Below, one piece after another: positions 62,378 through 64,000 of a DNA stretch of 64,000 nucleotides (positions are counted from its first letter, which is position 1; each line of letters begins with the position of its first letter). Origin of the DNA: Candidatus Latescibacterota bacterium (lineage in GTDB: Bacteria > Latescibacterota > UBA2968 > SICM01); assembly GCA_965217865.1 (NCBI GenBank), contig CBDCJO010000002.1, positions 1,792,001 to 1,856,000 on the forward strand. Reading direction: 5' to 3'. The notes under the pieces were generated by a model. That model worked only from the letters and a program-made list of their open reading frames with translations, was not told where the DNA came from and did not search any database. Position numbers and translations under genes: made by a program.

Positions 62378-64000
62378 ATGAGAATCGTTTCCAACACAGG
62401 GACGGATCGCGTGGTCGATTTCATTCGACCGTGGCTTCGGTCTGGCCATCAAATTGACTTGGCCTCCAAAGCTCTATCCCTCCACGCGTTCGGAGAACTT
62501 GCCGAGAAGCTGTCCCGCATGGCGAAAGCGCGGTTCATCCTGCCGCCTGATGACACCGGACTCAGCCTCCTCGGCACCGATGCCGACAGGGCTGCGCGCA
62601 ACCGGCTGCAGGGCCGGTGGCTGGCCAGACGCTGCGCCGAGTGGGTCGAGAAAACCGTCGAGGTGCGCCGGGCTAACCAACCCATTCCTCAAGGCGCCGT
62701 TGTTCTGCGCAACGGTGACGGGAGCCCACAGCAAGTCGTGCTCGGCTCGTTTTCGTTCAGCACGGACGGGCTCGGTCTTGCTCCTGGTAACCCGCTCAAC
62801 CTGATCCAGGCATCCGAGACGCCTGAGGAAAGCGTTCGCTTATGCGAATGGTTCGACGGGCAATGGTCTGCCTTGGCCGTAGGGGAAGCCGCGAAGGCCG
62901 ATATCGTTGACCTGCTCCGATCCCTTGCTGCGCACCAAGACCCGCTCAGCGTCTACGCGTTGGTCTTGCACCACCTCTTTCACACCCAAGGCGACGAACT
63001 GGATGAGGAGCAAGTCGTCAAGTCGGCCACGGGAATCCGCAATACGGCGGTATGGAAGAAGCTCTTTAAGTTCCAGCGCGACGGCGTCGTGGGTGCCATC
63101 GACAAGCTCAATCGTTTCGGCGGCTGCATCATTGCCGACAGCGTGGGGCTTGGGAAAACTTTCGAGGCCCTAGCTATCATCAAGTATCACGAGCTGCGCA
63201 ACGACCGGGTCTTGGTTCTTTGTCCCAAGCGTCTGCGCGACAACTGGACCCTTTATCGCGCCAACGACCGTCGCAACTTCCTCGCCGGCGACCGCTTCAA
63301 CTACGACATCCTCAACCACACGGATCTGTCGCGTGACGGCGGCCTGTCGGGCGATATCGACCTTAGCTACGTGAATTGGGGGAACTACGACCTCGTCGTC
63401 ATCGATGAGTCCCACAACTTTCGTAACAAGCGCACCCCCCGACAGGGTGGCGAGACTCGCTATGACCGGCTGATGCGGCGGATTGTCAGGGAAGGCGTCA
63501 AGACGCGGGTGCTCATGCTCTCCGCCACCCCGGTCAACAACCGCTTGGCCGACTTGCGCAATCAGATCGCTTTTGCGACCGAGGGGGACGACACCGCGTT
63601 GGTCGACCACGGCATCTCCAGTATCGATGGCACGACACGGCTCGCGCAGAAACAGTTCAACGGATGGCTCGATCTCGACGATGCCGAGCGTACCCCGTCA
63701 CGGCTCATCGAGATGCTGGGGTTCGACTATTTTGCGCTGCTGGATCGACTCACCATCGCACGCTCGCGCCGGCATCTCGAGAAGTACTACGGGACATCGG
63801 AGACCGGCCGTTTTCCAGAGCGCCTGAAGCCCATCAACGTCAAACCCGACGTAGACCTGGCGGGAGAATTCCCCTCCATCCGCGAAATCAACTTCGAGAT
63901 CCGGCGTCTGAACCTGGCTGCTTACGCGCCGCTCCGCTACGTGTTGGCGCACAAGCGGGACGCGTATGACGCGAAATACAGCACCAAACTCGAGAGCGGT
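62378..64000 (+). CDS. SNF2-family helicase, partial (runs off the window; absent from the ORF track)
   Basis: Manual translation from ATG 62378: FQRDG, ADSVGLGKT, IDESHNFRN, LSATPVNN. Confidence 0.85.
   Translation, partial: MRIVSNTGTDRVVDFIRPWLRSGHQIDLASKALSLHAFGELAEKLSRMAKARFILPPDDTGLSLLGTDADRAARNRLQGRWLARRCAEWVEKTVEVRRANQPIPQGAVVLRNGDGSPQQVVLGSFSFSTDGLGLAPGNPLNLIQASETPEESVRLCEWFDGQWSALAVGEAAKADIVDLLRSLAAHQDPLSVYALVLHHLFHTQGDELDEEQVVKSATGIRNTAVWKKLFKFQRDGVVGAIDKLNRFGGCIIADSVGLGKTFEALAIIKYHELRNDRVLVLCPKRLRDNWTLYRANDRRNFLAGDRFNYDILNHTDLSRDGGLSGDIDLSYVNWGNYDLVVIDESHNFRNKRTPRQGGETRYDRLMRRIVREGVKTRVLMLSATPVNNRLADLRNQIAFATEGDDTALVDHGISSIDGTTRLAQKQFNGWLDLDDAERTPSRLIEMLGFDYFALLDRLTIARSRRHLEKYYGTSETGRFPERLKPINVKPDVDLAGEFPSIREINFEIRRLNLAAYAPLRYVLAHKRDAYDAKYSTKLESG

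Larger units (their letters stand above)
39062..64000. mobile_element. Integrated prophage/satellite-like genomic island next to tmRNA; far boundary outside the window
   Basis: GC rise; recombinases, repressor, sigma, primase, terminase-like and defence genes begin right after ssrA. Confidence 0.85.

Noticed and set aside
1-64000. CRISPR array, cas genes, retron or other RT system
   Set aside because: No regularly spaced repeat-spacer array and no RT or Cas motifs were seen; the ankyrin and iteron repeats have other explanations
39062-64000. Duplicated tmRNA 3' end marking attR
   Set aside because: Not seen in the window, so integration exactly at ssrA rests on adjacency only

Overview
Bacterial genomic window with two halves. 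Bases 1-39061 are host chromosome: an ECF sigma factor, sugar-nucleotide enzymes, three Gfo/Idh/MocA oxidoreductases, amidohydrolases, clpP, guaB, aroC, tRNA-Sec and tmRNA. This half also holds an IS1595 element carrying a DNA methyltransferase-HNH fusion, a YhcG-N/thermonuclease fusion with a decayed upstream copy, and an unannotated, highly structured element of about 400 nt (2320-2745) that looks like a large ncRNA. From just after tmRNA (about 39062) to the window end lies a GC-richer integrated element. It encodes DUF2924 plus a large serine recombinase, a LexA-like repressor, its own ECF-type sigma factor with four exactly spaced candidate promoters (CCGAC-N15-MCGGTAGGTAA), and a primase-helicase with an iteron-like repeat cluster. 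It also carries two small-terminase-like paralogs, a ParB-MTase, a XerC-like recombinase, a decayed amidoligase cluster and a defence cluster (GmrSD-like, hsdM stub, SNF2 helicase). Many single-base frameshifts in otherwise intact genes suggest sequencing indels. All calls come from reading motifs; no searches were run.
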